Below, one piece after another: positions 38,919 to 50,693 of a DNA stretch of 64,000 nucleotides. A program made the position numbers and the translations under genes. Position 1 is the stretch's first letter. Each line of letters begins with the position of its first letter. Where the stretch lies: NCBI GenBank assembly GCA_037447605.1, contig CM074822.1:1015492-1079491 (forward strand), written 5' to 3'. The notes below the pieces were generated by a model that saw only the letters and a list, made by a program, of their open reading frames with translations, had not been told where the DNA came from and ran no database searches. Source of the DNA: Zygnema circumcarinatum SAG 698-1b. Taxonomy: Eukaryota; Plantae; Zygnematophyceae.

Positions 38919-39690
38919 ATGGCTCCCGGGATGACGTCAGCAGGGGACAGGGTCGTCCGCGAGCAGCTGAGCACGTCGCAGAGGGAGCACGTGGAGGCTC
39001 CACATTTGGGTAAAGGAGGGGGTGAGGCAGAGAGGGAGAGGGAGGGAGGGGACAGAGAGGGAGAGAGGGAGTAATTGAGGGAGGGTGAGGGATGGAGGTG
39101 AATGCTTAAAGGTTTCAATTGCCGCAGGAGATAGATTCGAAGAGATCGCTCCAGCAGTGAAAAATCTAGTTTTTTCTAAATTTAAGGATATTAAACTAAT
39201 CTAAACAGTTTTTTCTGAATTTGATTTTCTTTTATTTTGGGGACCGAAAAGGGGACTGAAAATTGTAGCTGCATGTGCATGCATTGTGCGCAGATGCTCC
39301 CTCTGAAGAAAACTTCATGGCGAAGTACAATGACCCCAAGCTCGCTGGTCTCGACAGCTTCCAGAAGCTGCGGAAGCTCCACAAGGTCAGAAAATTCGGC
39401 TGCTACTTTCATCTTTTCCCCTTCCTTTTCAAATTTCCTTGTGGGCATTTTTTTTTTTTTAATTTTGTGCATTTTATCGTGCAGGTCGCCCCTCCACTCG
39501 CGAGCTACGAAGCAGCTGCTCCCCTTTCCGGTTTGGTGCGATTTGGGGGCACCGCTCTGGAAATGTCCTTAGAGAGCTTCGACTTTTGGCTGCTCTTCTC
39601 CATCCACTGCGCGCTATCCGTGGCTTACTTCTACTCCGGATATGGAACTGCGAGTGGATCCCCTACGGCTCCTGGATGGCCCAAGGCAGG

Positions 39691-39742
<52 letters not shown>

Positions 39743-41530
39743 CTCTCTCCCTTTGTTTCTGTCTCTCTCTCTCTCCCTCTCCCTCAATCTCGCTCTCCTT
39801 TTCCCCTTATACATCTCTCTCTTTTTCTCTATATCTCTCTCCCCTCCTGGCTTCTCTCACTTCCCTCTCCTCGCCTCCTCTCCCTCTCTCTTTCTCCTTC
39901 CACCCTCGCTCCTCCCGCTCCTCACATATCTTCTCTCCCTTACTTTCGCTCTCCCTTTCTCCCTCTCCATTTTCCTCTCTCTCTCTCTCTCTCTCCCTCT
40001 CCTTCTCCCCCCCTCCCTTCACCTCCCTCCCTCCCTCCCTCCGTCCATTAACACTTTGTCCTTCTCCATTTCTCACAGATCAACACGAATTTCATCGCCA
40101 TTCCCGGTGGACTCACCGCCTTTGTGATTGTGTTCTATCTCAACCAAGCTTTTTCTCGCTTCCTTGAACAAAACAACCATGCCGCCGCCGCCACTGGCAG
40201 CCTCGGAGAATACATTCTCTTGCTTCGCATCCACCTCGCCGACCATTCGTTTCCCGAAGCCGAGCAAGTTCGCCATCAACTCTGCAACCTTGTCAATGCG
40301 GCCATTGTTTTGGCCTTTTCAATGCATCCCAATTACAGAGAGGATGGCGTGGACAAGTGGGGTTGGTATTTCCTCATCGACAGCAAGTTCCTTACTCCGG
40401 CGCAGGTATGTCCTTTGTAAACTGGAAACGTTTTTGAAACCAATCTCAGTACTCTGCTTTGCTGCCAGGTTCACCATCGCTAGAAATTTCCTAATTTTCC
40501 CAAAAATGGTTGAAGCTAGTTTTGTATAGTCAAGTCTGAGATAACTAGACTTGCCAAAACAAATCAAACCAGACACTAACTTGAGCTCTATTTCTTGCCT
40601 ATAATTCACATATTCCAGACCATCCCGCTCACTAAATGAATGTTGCTGTACTCATTCTCTATCCCCCCCTTTTTTTTTTTTTTGGGCAGGTGGAGGAACT
40701 GAAGCCGATTGCTTACTATGGAGACGGCCGCCTTGCTTTCCGAGAAATTTTGCTTTGGGCGAACCGCGGGCTGTGGGCGCAAGAGTCGCGAGGCTTTGTG
40801 CCAGTCGGCGTCGCGAGCCTCTTCACAACAAAGCTCTGGGAAGTGAGGGCGCATCTTGAAGCTCTCTACTCCATGCCGCAAGGACCCGTGTAAGTGGCCA
40901 CATTCTCAAATTGCAATTGGAAATTGGACTTCTTAGTTGTATTTGGAAAGGCAGAGGGAGGCGACCTCAGTTAAATGTTTACCCATTTTGCCTTCTTTTG
41001 AGAAATGGAGGCTTTCTAGCAACATCGGCTGATCTTCCTTCCTTTGTTGGATTGTGAATTTCGCAGGCCGTTTGCCTACTTCCACCTCCTCAACTTCATC
41101 GTTTTGACGTACCTCTTTGTGCTCTCCTACGCGTTTGTCTTCATCGCTCCCGTCTGGTCGATTCCCGGCTTCTTCTTCATTCTGGTTGGCATTTTGGGGG
41201 TTCGCCAGCTCTCTATTGCCATGAGGTTGGTTGCCCTCAGAACCCTTCACTTTTGCACTAAAGGGGCTTGTTGTACTTGTATCGGCTGCAATCGCTGCCT
41301 TCCTTCAGAAGCTATGCATGTATTGATCATGTTCATGTTGTTGTTGCTGTTGCGATCATGGCAGCAACCCCCTAGGCCACGACAAGACCGACATTCCTGT
41401 CTTCGACAATGTCCAGGGCTTCCTCAAGCAGTCCACTTTGCTGATCAACCGCCCCTCCGGATATGGGGGCGAGGGGGACCATGTGAAGCCTGTGCCCCTG
41501 TTTGAAAACAACGGCAAAAATGGGCTGTGA
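38919..41530 (+). CDS. Bestrophin/UPF0187-family ion channel, paralog 3 (spliced)
   Basis: Exons encode FQKLRKLHK, VAPPLASY..FGGTALEMSLESFDFW, IAIPGGLTAFVIVFYLNQAFSRF, REILLWANRGLW, PFAYFHLLNF and NPLGHDKTDIPV...NGKNGL*. Confidence 0.82.
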
Positions 41531-42002
41531 AGAAGCTAAAAATTAGCATGTCTTTTGATTTTTGGGTTCGGAGGCATTGAATGTTAGAAGTTGAAACGGA
41601 GCGTTTGGATACAACGGAGTGGTTTTACCTTATATGGAGATAGTAGAAATCTCCACTTGTTGTTATCAGCTTTTTGTGGCTCGTTATGACCTCAAACAAT
41701 AGGATATAATGACTACAAAAATGAATGAATTTCATATAATGGCTGTCTGTGTAAAGGATGCCGCTCAACATGAGCCATTGCACCAAAAACACTTGGCTTG
41801 TACCATGTTCTGTCATTCCAAAACACACGAGTGGCAACATGACGCAAGAAACTAGTTGTTTGACAAATTTATACCTCATCATTCCAATCATCTTTCCATG
41901 AAGTCCCACCTCTTGTTAGAATTAATGTCCCACCTGTTGTGCATACCCATGCATTCATGGGCGAGCCTGACCCATGTCCGCCGCAATAGGGCCCATCCAA
42001 TA

Positions 42003-42193
42003 GGGGGAGTCAGACCTTGACCATCACTTACGAAATTCCCGAATTCCCTATACTAATAGTCACTTCTTTCGTGTACGAATTCCGGGTCGGGATCCGCGGC
42101 TCCGCCGTACACAGCTGTACCGAAATGCTTACCTAGCCAATGCTTGATGATTGTTGCCAATTGATTTGGCGATGGTCAAGGTCTGACTCCCCC
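42003..42193. mobile_element. MITE 1 (191 bp), TIR GGGGGAGTCAGACCTTGACCATC, TA flanks
   Basis: Perfect terminal inverted repeat with TA on both sides (Tc1/mariner-type TSD). Confidence 0.8.
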
Positions 42194-42198
42194 TATTA

Positions 42199-42355
42199 GG
42201 GGGTGTCAGACTTAAAAAATTTCAGTACGCGTGTTCGTAAGTTTGACATCAGAACGAGTACTTCAGTATAATCGCGATCCTCCTGCGGCGGAGTACTTTC
42301 GTAACCTTTTTTTTCGTAACGCTTTTCGTAAGATTTTGTTAAGTCTGACACCCCC
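42199..42355. mobile_element. MITE 2 (157 bp), TIR GGGGGTGTCAGACTTAA, TA flanks
   Basis: TIR related to MITE 1, unrelated interior, and separated from MITE 1 by only TATTA. Confidence 0.8.
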
Positions 42356-42843
42356 TATTGTTGGGGGGGTCTCGACTCGTACGGCGCGGGCCGAAACGGC
42401 CAAAGAATATTTGTCGTCTAGTGGTCTAGTCGCCATCGTGAGATCAATGCCAATTTTCTCCAATTCTTTTGCGGAATCTTTGAAGGTGTTCGAGTGTTTT
42501 TGTTGAATTCAACATGGCATTCATGTCACAAAGGCACAATGTATGCGATTTGACTTTTCCTCGAATGCAACATCGGAACTCAGAAACCCTAAAAAATCTA
42601 AAATTCCGAATACTGTATTTTAGGCCTCTCCGGACATAAGAGTTGTTTCTGCTCGACCTTCTGTCCCTATAACCGGAAAAACCAATGTATACGATTTTTT
42701 TCTTGAGTTAAAGATCTAACAGAGCCAGAGAACGACAGTTGTTTATGACGTACTCTACACAATCCATGCACTGAAGAATTGGGGCGTCGACAAGTTTAAA
42801 GTATTGATATGCATCGCCGTCGACCTGTCTCATCGCTTGGAGT

Positions 42844-45638
42844 TCAAAAAGCGAACCGGAGGAGCTCACTCTCATCTTCCTCGAAATCGGTCTCAGTTCG
42901 GTGAAAAGGAGGAGGCTTCAAGGTTTTATCCTCGTCTGGATATTCGACAGGCGTGTTGATGATCTTAATTGAGGAGTGCAGGAATCGATTCGCCATTTGA
43001 AACACCGGAATGTCGATCTTATCGTTGCCAAGGGGGTTGCTGTTGAGACATAACGACAATGTATGAGAAAAGATTCAGTTCTTCGTAAGAGGTAAAATCA
43101 CTCCTTATTGAAAAAAACTGCAAATCTAGACTCTTCCAAACGTGTATGTAGGAACCCCTCTCTCTCTGATTGGCGGGGTTAGTGAAAGCATGCATTCATG
43201 AGGTGAGAATTGACGGAAAACAGTGCGAAGCAAAGATAAGGTGAATTGTGATTGAAGTGAACTGACCTCATCTTGTTTCCGATCTCCATAACACCCATGA
43301 AGCAAAGGAGGACGAGGAAGTACCCCAAAATAGACCACAGACGCGCCTCAAATATAAACGTGTATCCGAGAATGAAGAGATACAGAAGAGTCACAGTGTT
43401 GAGGAGGGTGAAGTATGCGAAAGGCCTGCAGACAACGATGCAAAACGTGCGCCTAAGTCTCTTAAAGGAAGGGGACAGCTCGCTTTGGAACTCGCCGTCT
43501 GAAGTTCATTAGTAGAATGATCCATTATTTCTCGAGAATCGAAACCAAAAGAAGGTAATCCAGCGTAGCTATAACAGAGAAGACCCGGATCAGCCTGGGA
43601 CGAAAGGGGGAGAGTGGGAGGGAGAGAGGGGGAGGGAGGGGGAAGGGGAGAGGGGATGGGGAGAGAGAAGGGGGGAAGGGAAGAGAGGGAGGGGGAAAGC
43701 AAAGAGAGGGAAAAAGGGAGCGCGAGAACTATGTTCATGTAAACCATGCCCGTGTCGAACTTTGAGCATGCAAGATAGCTAGTGTTTGAGCATTACACGG
43801 TGCCGCTCATGAAGGTGTAGAGGCCATCGAGGGCGTTACGGAGAGCGATTATGCGAGATGTGCAGTTTGTCGCGACGTGCGGCACATAGTACTTCTTGTC
43901 GTGACCCGCCCACACGCCCCGCTCGAGCCATGTCAGCAGCTCCTTGTGGGCCATGTTGCCAGTGCCCATCTCTTGGATGGATCGGAGAGCGTTCACCTGT
44001 GAGAACAGCCATGGAGTATACAGCTTCAAGGTTAGCTTATCCATGTGGTAGACAGTGGGGAGAGGGAATGGGGAGAGAGAGAGAGGGATGGGAAGGGCAG
44101 AGAGATAGAGAGTGGGGAGGGGAATGAAGAGGAAGAGAGGAAAGAGAGGGGAGGGGGAGAGGAGTGGGGAGGCGGAATCAAGAGGCGGAATGGGGAGGGA
44201 GAGAGGGAGGGGAGGGGCTGAGAGAGGGAGTGGAGAGGGAGAATGGGGAGGGTGAGAGGGAAGGGAGGGTTCGAGAGGAGGGAGTCACAGAATGGGGGGT
44301 GAGAGAGGGAAGTGAGGGGCAGAGAAAGGAAGTGGGGAGGGGAAATGGGGAGGGAGAGGGGGAAGGAGGGACAGAGCGAGGGAGCGGGGAAGGGGGAATG
44401 GGAATGGGGAGGGAGAGAGGGAAGGGAGGGGTAGAGAGAGGGAGTGGGCAGGAACAGAGGAGGAATGGGGAGGGCGAGGCGCCTATGACGTCATGACGGC
44501 GCTTGGCTTGATTCGTACTTATGCGAAAGGACAAGATTACCTGCGCGGGTGTAAGAATTTTGTTCCGCTGAAGGTGCCACCAAACCCACTCATGTATCTT
44601 GGCCTTGCGGTTCCATGGAAGGCTCCCATACGCTACGAATTTCATCGCAATTGCAATTTTGCACAGTTTATGCCTCATTCTGCGAGCTTCGGGACCCAAA
44701 TGGTCCCCAAGATGCACCCTCAACAATAGGACAACCTCTTCCAAAGTTCCGTTAATGGTAATGGCACAACCATATTGAGTGAGGTAGCGCGTGAACGTCT
44801 GGTTGAGATAGAATGCCATCACGAATGCGATTAAGGCTCCCGGAATTGCCACCATTGAGTTCTTAACCTGCATGCATTCGAAGAAGTTGGTAGAATTTGA
44901 ATGAGTAACCATAGGCTTCACCCCATGCATGCGGAACGTACGGAATGAAAGCAGGGGGGAGGCAGCATACATTGGGCCACCCACTCGCAGGAGTTCCTTG
45001 GACCGCGTTACGATGGGGAGCATAGTAAACGACAGAAACTGTTATGTGGAAGATTAAAAGAGCCCATAAATCTAATCGCTTCAGTGCTGCTTCGAGCCCC
45101 GTTCCTGAAAACCGGAGGAAAGTTTCGAGATGTCTGGTGGAGTCATACACGAGAGGGGTCGGCGCAATCTGCACCACAATATAGTCCTTCATTATCTCTC
45201 GGCCTTAAGTGCTACAACATCAGCAGACTTTTAACAATGAATACGTTTTCCGAGCAAACCTTCCCATTTAGAAATATCACCTTATGAACTTTCTGGAGCC
45301 GCTCGAAGCCACTTAAGTCTGCAAATTCTGGCGAATCGTAGAGCTCCCAGAGTTCTTCACGGCTGAGCTTAGCGGAATGATCCGCAAGCCTGTCCAGCTT
45401 GCTTTTAAAAAGCCCGTGAAAATATTCCTCTAACCACGCTAGGAAGCTTGTGGGACCTCTCACTTTGGACTTTTTCTCGCCTTCTGCACAAACAAGCAAC
45501 TTTCACCTCAGGGTTCTTGACCCATAATGCAGATTGGAGCTTGGAAAAGAGCACGAGGGGGAGCGAAAGAATAAGCACACCCGAACATCCTCTCGATAGA
45601 GGCATACTCTTCTCCAGGTCCTTCTCCGGCTCCGCCAT
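42844..45638 (-). CDS. Bestrophin/UPF0187-family ion channel, paralog 4 (spliced)
   Basis: Exons encode MAEPEKDLEK, GFERLQKVHK, FSGTGLEAALKRLDLW, VAIPGALIAFVMAFYLNQTFTRY, KELLTWLERGVW, PFAYFTLLN and NPLGNDKIDIPV...ELLRFAF*. Confidence 0.85.
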
Positions 45639-47279
45639 TGCAGTCCTGAATCCTGCTGCCGCGATCGGGACGGGATGTGCTGTCAATGGAACAGGTCAAA
45701 AGGTCAGCTATTGCTTCTGCACCTCGTCATATGCCGACTCTCTCTCCTACCATTCCTCTCGCCCCCCGCATTCCCCTCAGCTCTCAGCCCTCCATTTTCC
45801 AGCTAATTTTTATTTCCGCCTCATCCTTCCACTTAAATTCACCTCGCTCCCTCCTCCCTTCCTCATGCGCCTCTCAACTCCGCAAGCCCCTTCCTAAGCA
45901 CCATCCAGCCACATTGTGAACCTCCTTGCAGCTTCCAACCCACTATTCCCTTCCCCCCCCATCCCCTCTTCAAAACCAGCCCATCTCATCCCAATTGTCG
46001 CGATGGGAAATGCAATTACTACAACAATTATGCTCATGAAGCAGAGAGGGAGAGAATAATCCGAGCGACCAGCACATTGTACATCACAGACCCTCCCTCC
46101 CTCCCTCCCTCCCTCCCTCCTTCCCTCCCTCTCTCCGTCCATCCCCCTCTCTCTCCCAGAGGAGCCCTCCCTTTCTCCTTCCCTCCCTCCCTCCCTCCCT
46201 CCCTCTCTCTCTTTCTCCCAGTAGAGCCCTTCCATCCCCTCCTCACCTTCTCGTCCGCTTCAGCCCGCAGTGCCCTCACAGCTCCCTCTCGCCTTCGCCG
46301 CCTCTCTTGTACGGTAGTGGTTTCCCAACGCAGGTCTTTGGCCGGTGTCGGTTCCATGTCCCTGTGCCGTCGGAAGCCGCACTGCTATGTATCTCACATG
46401 GAGAGAGTCCATTTCAGTTTGGTCTCGATTCTGCGATTTTTCCGCGATTCTGGTTGACATGAAAAACACCTGAATAAACGACAGGAGTGCGAAAGACCTA
46501 AAACGACAAACGATTTAGCCAATTTGTTTGTATCGATGAGTTTTCGTTTGGCTTTTGAGGCTTTAATGTCGAACAGTGACATCCGCACGACCCAATAAGA
46601 CAAAGGTCTCGATTTAGGAATAGTATTTGTCTCCTTCCAGAGCGCCAGTTCTTTGTTGTCGAAAGTCGTAGAAGAATCATACGGAAACGACAAAAGAGTT
46701 CGTTTATATTGTCGTGTCGTAGAAGTCGCGGCATCCAGAGGCTGGAGGGCGGGTTTCCATATACAGCCAGTGTAATCGAATCAGCGATTGCCAGCGTGGT
46801 CCTTTTGTGTCCACGTGCCGTCCAACGTGGCCTTTTACTGTGCCCGCTCGTCCTCGCCGTCGCCCACTGGGTTTCGGGAATCGGACGGCGCCCATAGCGG
46901 TCACCGCGGTCAAGGGCTTTTCGCCAGCATGGCATCAGGATCGATCCTCGTCAGCAACGTGGCATAGCGTGATTGGACATCAGGATAGCGTTTAAATTTA
47001 CAAATGACACATACGTGGCTGCCACCAAGGCGTCACGTTCACAAACCGGAACATGATGGAACACTACAGCGCGTCAAAACCAACGCTTAACGCTTGCATG
47101 AAACACCCTCCTCCCCCCCCACCCTCTCCACGCCCTCTTCCTTTGACCTTATTTCCGGCGCCAAGAAGCAATCGCCTCCGCGATTCTTCTTATGGAAAGA
47201 ATCAGTCCGAATCTGAATTTACCATAAATCCAATATTTGGCCAAAAAAGGCAATAAGTTTTAACTGTGGTGCGGGGGGC

Positions 47280-47470
47280 GTATCGTTCATACTCGTCGTA
47301 TTTCACCGACATTTCTATCGTTCAATACAGTATTGTTGTATTTGACCGACATTTGTCTGTCATTCTTGTCGTCTAGAACCGACAATTCTATCGTTCGTCC
47401 TTGTTGTAATTAACCGACATTTCTATCGTTCATTCTTGTCGTTATTCACCGACATTTCCACCGATATTTC
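47280..47470 (+). promoter_or_regulatory. Tandem array of about five 30-40 bp units, each with an ACCGACA core
   Basis: caccgacatttc, gaccgacatttg, aaccgacaattc, aaccgacatttc, caccgacatttc, lying about 470 bp upstream of the orphan Slo exon. The cores equal DRE/CRT (RCCGAC) and, on the other strand, TGTCGG. Confidence 0.5.
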
Positions 47471-47936
47471 ATGTATATGATAAAATCTAAACGTCAGCAC
47501 TACCATCCAATCGGGACCGTCCGAGACCGTCCTCCACTTTTGGCCCCAGCTGCCCCGACATTGGCCCCCAACGCATTAAATATTCCCAAACTAGACCCAA
47601 ATCCTTCAGAAAATATTTCCTTTTCAAATTGTCAAAGCGAGCCAACGGTTGGCAGCGCCAAGCCCGCCTTCGTGAGACGTCGGGCCATTCTCTTTTGTGT
47701 CGTTTTCCGAGCGTCGCGCAATCTCTCTCCTCGCTCTCTTCACTCTCTACGTCCCTCTCCTCTCCCGCTCTCCTCTCTCCCACTCCCTCTCCTTCTCTCT
47801 TCCACCTCTCTCTGCCCTCTACCTCGACTCTCTCTCTCCTCTCTCTCTCCTCTCTCTCTCCCTGTCTCCTCTCTCTCCCGCGCCTTTCCCTTTCTCACCT
47901 ACTCTCTCTTCCTCCTCCCACTCTTCCCTTGAAAAA

Positions 47937-48088
47937 ATGCTGCGGTTAATTAAAGACGTCCACGAGGCCGAAAAGGCTTCAGACGTGGCTACTATCTCAT
48001 TGGGAACGGTGGGAAATTCGAAATCAGACCCTCTCGCACCAAAGGGCTTCAACTCGGCAGCCATCGATGCTCCTCCCAGACACTCCCG
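47937..48088 (+). pseudogene. Orphan first exon of a third Slo/BK channel copy (the rest may lie in the 100-N gap at 49044-49143)
   Basis: MLRLIKDVHEAEKASDVATISLGTVGNSKSDPLAPKGFNSAAIDAPPRHSR|gtaacc is nearly identical to exon 1 of copy A, with a homologous intron start. Confidence 0.7.
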
Positions 48089-49199
48089 GTAACCATATCT
48101 CCCTCCCTATCTCCCTCAACCTCTCGGTTTTCCACTTATATACTCGTAACACTCCTCACAGTGCACCTGAAAGATCATCAACTCACGTGTTTCTCACGCC
48201 ATCACTCATCCTCCTCCTTCCTCTAACTAAACAATCCCTCGTCCTCTCCCCGTACCATCCTTCCACGCACTAACCCTTCCCTCGCCCTCTCCCTCCCCTC
48301 CCCCTCCCCCTCCCCCCTCCCCCTCCCCCTCCCCTCCCCCTCCCCACCTCCCCTCCCCCTCCCCCTCCCCCCTCCCCTCCCCCTCCCCCTCCCCTCCCCC
48401 TCCCCCTCCCCCTCCCCCTCCCCCTCCCCCTCCCCCTCCCCTCCCCCTCCCCTCCCCTCCCCCTCCTCCCCTCCCCCCTCCCCTCCCCCTCCCCCTCCCC
48501 CTCCCCCTCCTCCCCTCCCCCTCCCCTCCCCCTCCCCCTCCTCCCCTCCCCCTCCCCCTCCCCTCCCCCCTCCCCTCCCCTCCCCCTCCCCTCCCCCTCC
48601 CCCTCCCCTCCCCCTCCCCCTCCCCTCCCCCTCCCCCTCCCCCTCCCCTCCCCCTCCCCCTCCCCCTCCCCCCTCCCCTCCCCCTCCCCTCCCCTCCCCC
48701 TCCCCCTCCTCCCCTCCCCTCCCCCTCCCCCTCCTCCCCTCCCCCTCCCCCTCCCCTCCCCTCCCCCTCCCCCTCCCCTCCCCTCCCCCTCCTCCCCTCC
48801 CCTCCCCCTCCCCCTTTCCCTTCTCCTTCCTTTTCCTCCTTCTTCTCCCCCTCCCCCTCCCCCTCCCCTCCCTCCTCCTCTCCCCCTCCCCTCCCCCTCT
48901 CCCTCCCCCCCTCCCCCCTCCCCCTCCCCTCCCCCCTCCCCTCCCCTCCCCCTCCCCCTCCCCCTTTCCCTTCTCCTTCCTTTTCCTCCTTCTTCTCCCC
49001 TCCCCTCCCCCTCCCCTCCCCCCTCCCCCTCCTCACCCCTCCCNNNNNNNNNNNNNNNNNNNNNNNNNNNNNNNNNNNNNNNNNNNNNNNNNNNNNNNNN
49101 NNNNNNNNNNNNNNNNNNNNNNNNNNNNNNNNNNNNNNNNNNNACGACAGAATCAACTTAGAATCGGAACTGACGACTTAGAATTCGGGTTTGGGTTTT

Positions 49200-50040
49200 T
49201 GATTAACTCGAAGTTTCTTTGTGTGCCTGTCTTCCCTCGCCAGTCCCTGCCTTCGCCCATCGCGCCTTCGAGATGCGCACATGGCCCCGGAAGCCCTCCT
49301 CCTCCGGCGCTGCTCGCAACTTTTTATTGAGAGCGTATTTCCGTCACCTTTTAGCATTGCCCTCCCCTCGCCTCTTCGCTCCTTGGCGTGCCACGGTTGT
49401 TGGGGACCGTCCGATGGTCTTTCGCCTCTCCCTCTCTCTGCGGGATTTGCCGTACATCGGCGACCTTTGGGGCTGCTTCTTGGGAGGGCTTGAGGACTTG
49501 TTGGGCCTAGTTTTCGATAGATGTACGCTCATGGTTTTTTGTTTCCTTTGTCTTTGAAGTCCTTTGTGACCAGCTCGTCGTGCTTCCCCGTGATGATTTT
49601 GTCCATGTACATAATTGAGATTTTAGCAGCAAACTTTCAATACCACCGAAGAAGTAACAGTTTGAGATAGACAGATGATGCGCCTTTTCTCTCGCCCTCG
49701 CTCTCTGTCTCCCTCTCTCTCTTTCTTTTCTTCTATTTATTTCTTAATTCAGCTTTCACAGACTACTACCAATGCAGTGCTCAGATATGTCAACCTCTTC
49801 AGAGCAGAAGCTGCCTTTGATGCATTTGATAACTTTGCGGCAAAAATAAGAGAGCATTTGCAGAGACCTTTTGCCTTCATGTCGAGCGTAATTTGTCAAA
49901 ATGAGAATGCGGAGGGAGAGTCGGCCCAGAATGGGCATTGATCTCACGATGGCGAACGTGGACAAACTCATCATGGGGAACTACGAGGAACTGGCCGCAA
50001 AAATGGCCGAGCAAGGGCGTTTCTGGGCTATGCTCTCGTG
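49200..50040. repeat. Two oppositely oriented fragments of the unclassified 'GIDLTMA' repeat
   Basis: 49200-49620 (-) reads YMDKIITGKHDELVTKDF and matches 11940-12100. 49930-50040 (+) reads MGIDLTMANVDKLIMGNYEELAAK. Confidence 0.6.
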
Positions 50041-50693
50041 ACGTGACAAGAGCAAGTTGCATTTGTCACAGAATTCGAACCTTCGCCGCTAAAAGTGTTC
50101 GGAAGTCACCGCATGTCACGTCATGGCGATACACGCTTGGATTGCAAGATGGCAAGGCTTTGCAATCTGGGGATGATCGTGGAGGTTCTGTTGCCACGTG
50201 GCGCGTGCCGATTGCCCAGCGCTTGCGGATCGGATACGAATCAAAATGCAATCAGAAATTGATCTCATATCGGATTTGGACAAGTGCGACAAACACGCTG
50301 GCTAATGGGAGCGTAGAAGAGCCAAAATGGAATCTGGTAAAAGATTTGAAACACATCTGGGAGAGATCCGAGAAGGACGAATTGAGATCTGTGCAGATGT
50401 GGACCCAGATTCTACCCCTGTTAACCTTCGTTGAATGCCCACCTTTATCCGCCGTCGTTTACCCACATTTGACATCCGACGTGGCGCATTTTTCCCGTTT
50501 GAAAAATCAGAAACGCAGGACGGAGCAGCGCTCTGACATAGAGCTGTCTTCGTGCCCGACAAACGCCGCCTGTTGCTTTTGTCGTTTGTAATGATTGCTC
50601 GGCGACCTTGAAGTGGTCAAAAGGTTGTCCTTTTGCCCTAATCCTTTGACATAACATCCCTTCCCTATAGCGGCAGCAGGATAAAGCTCTGCA

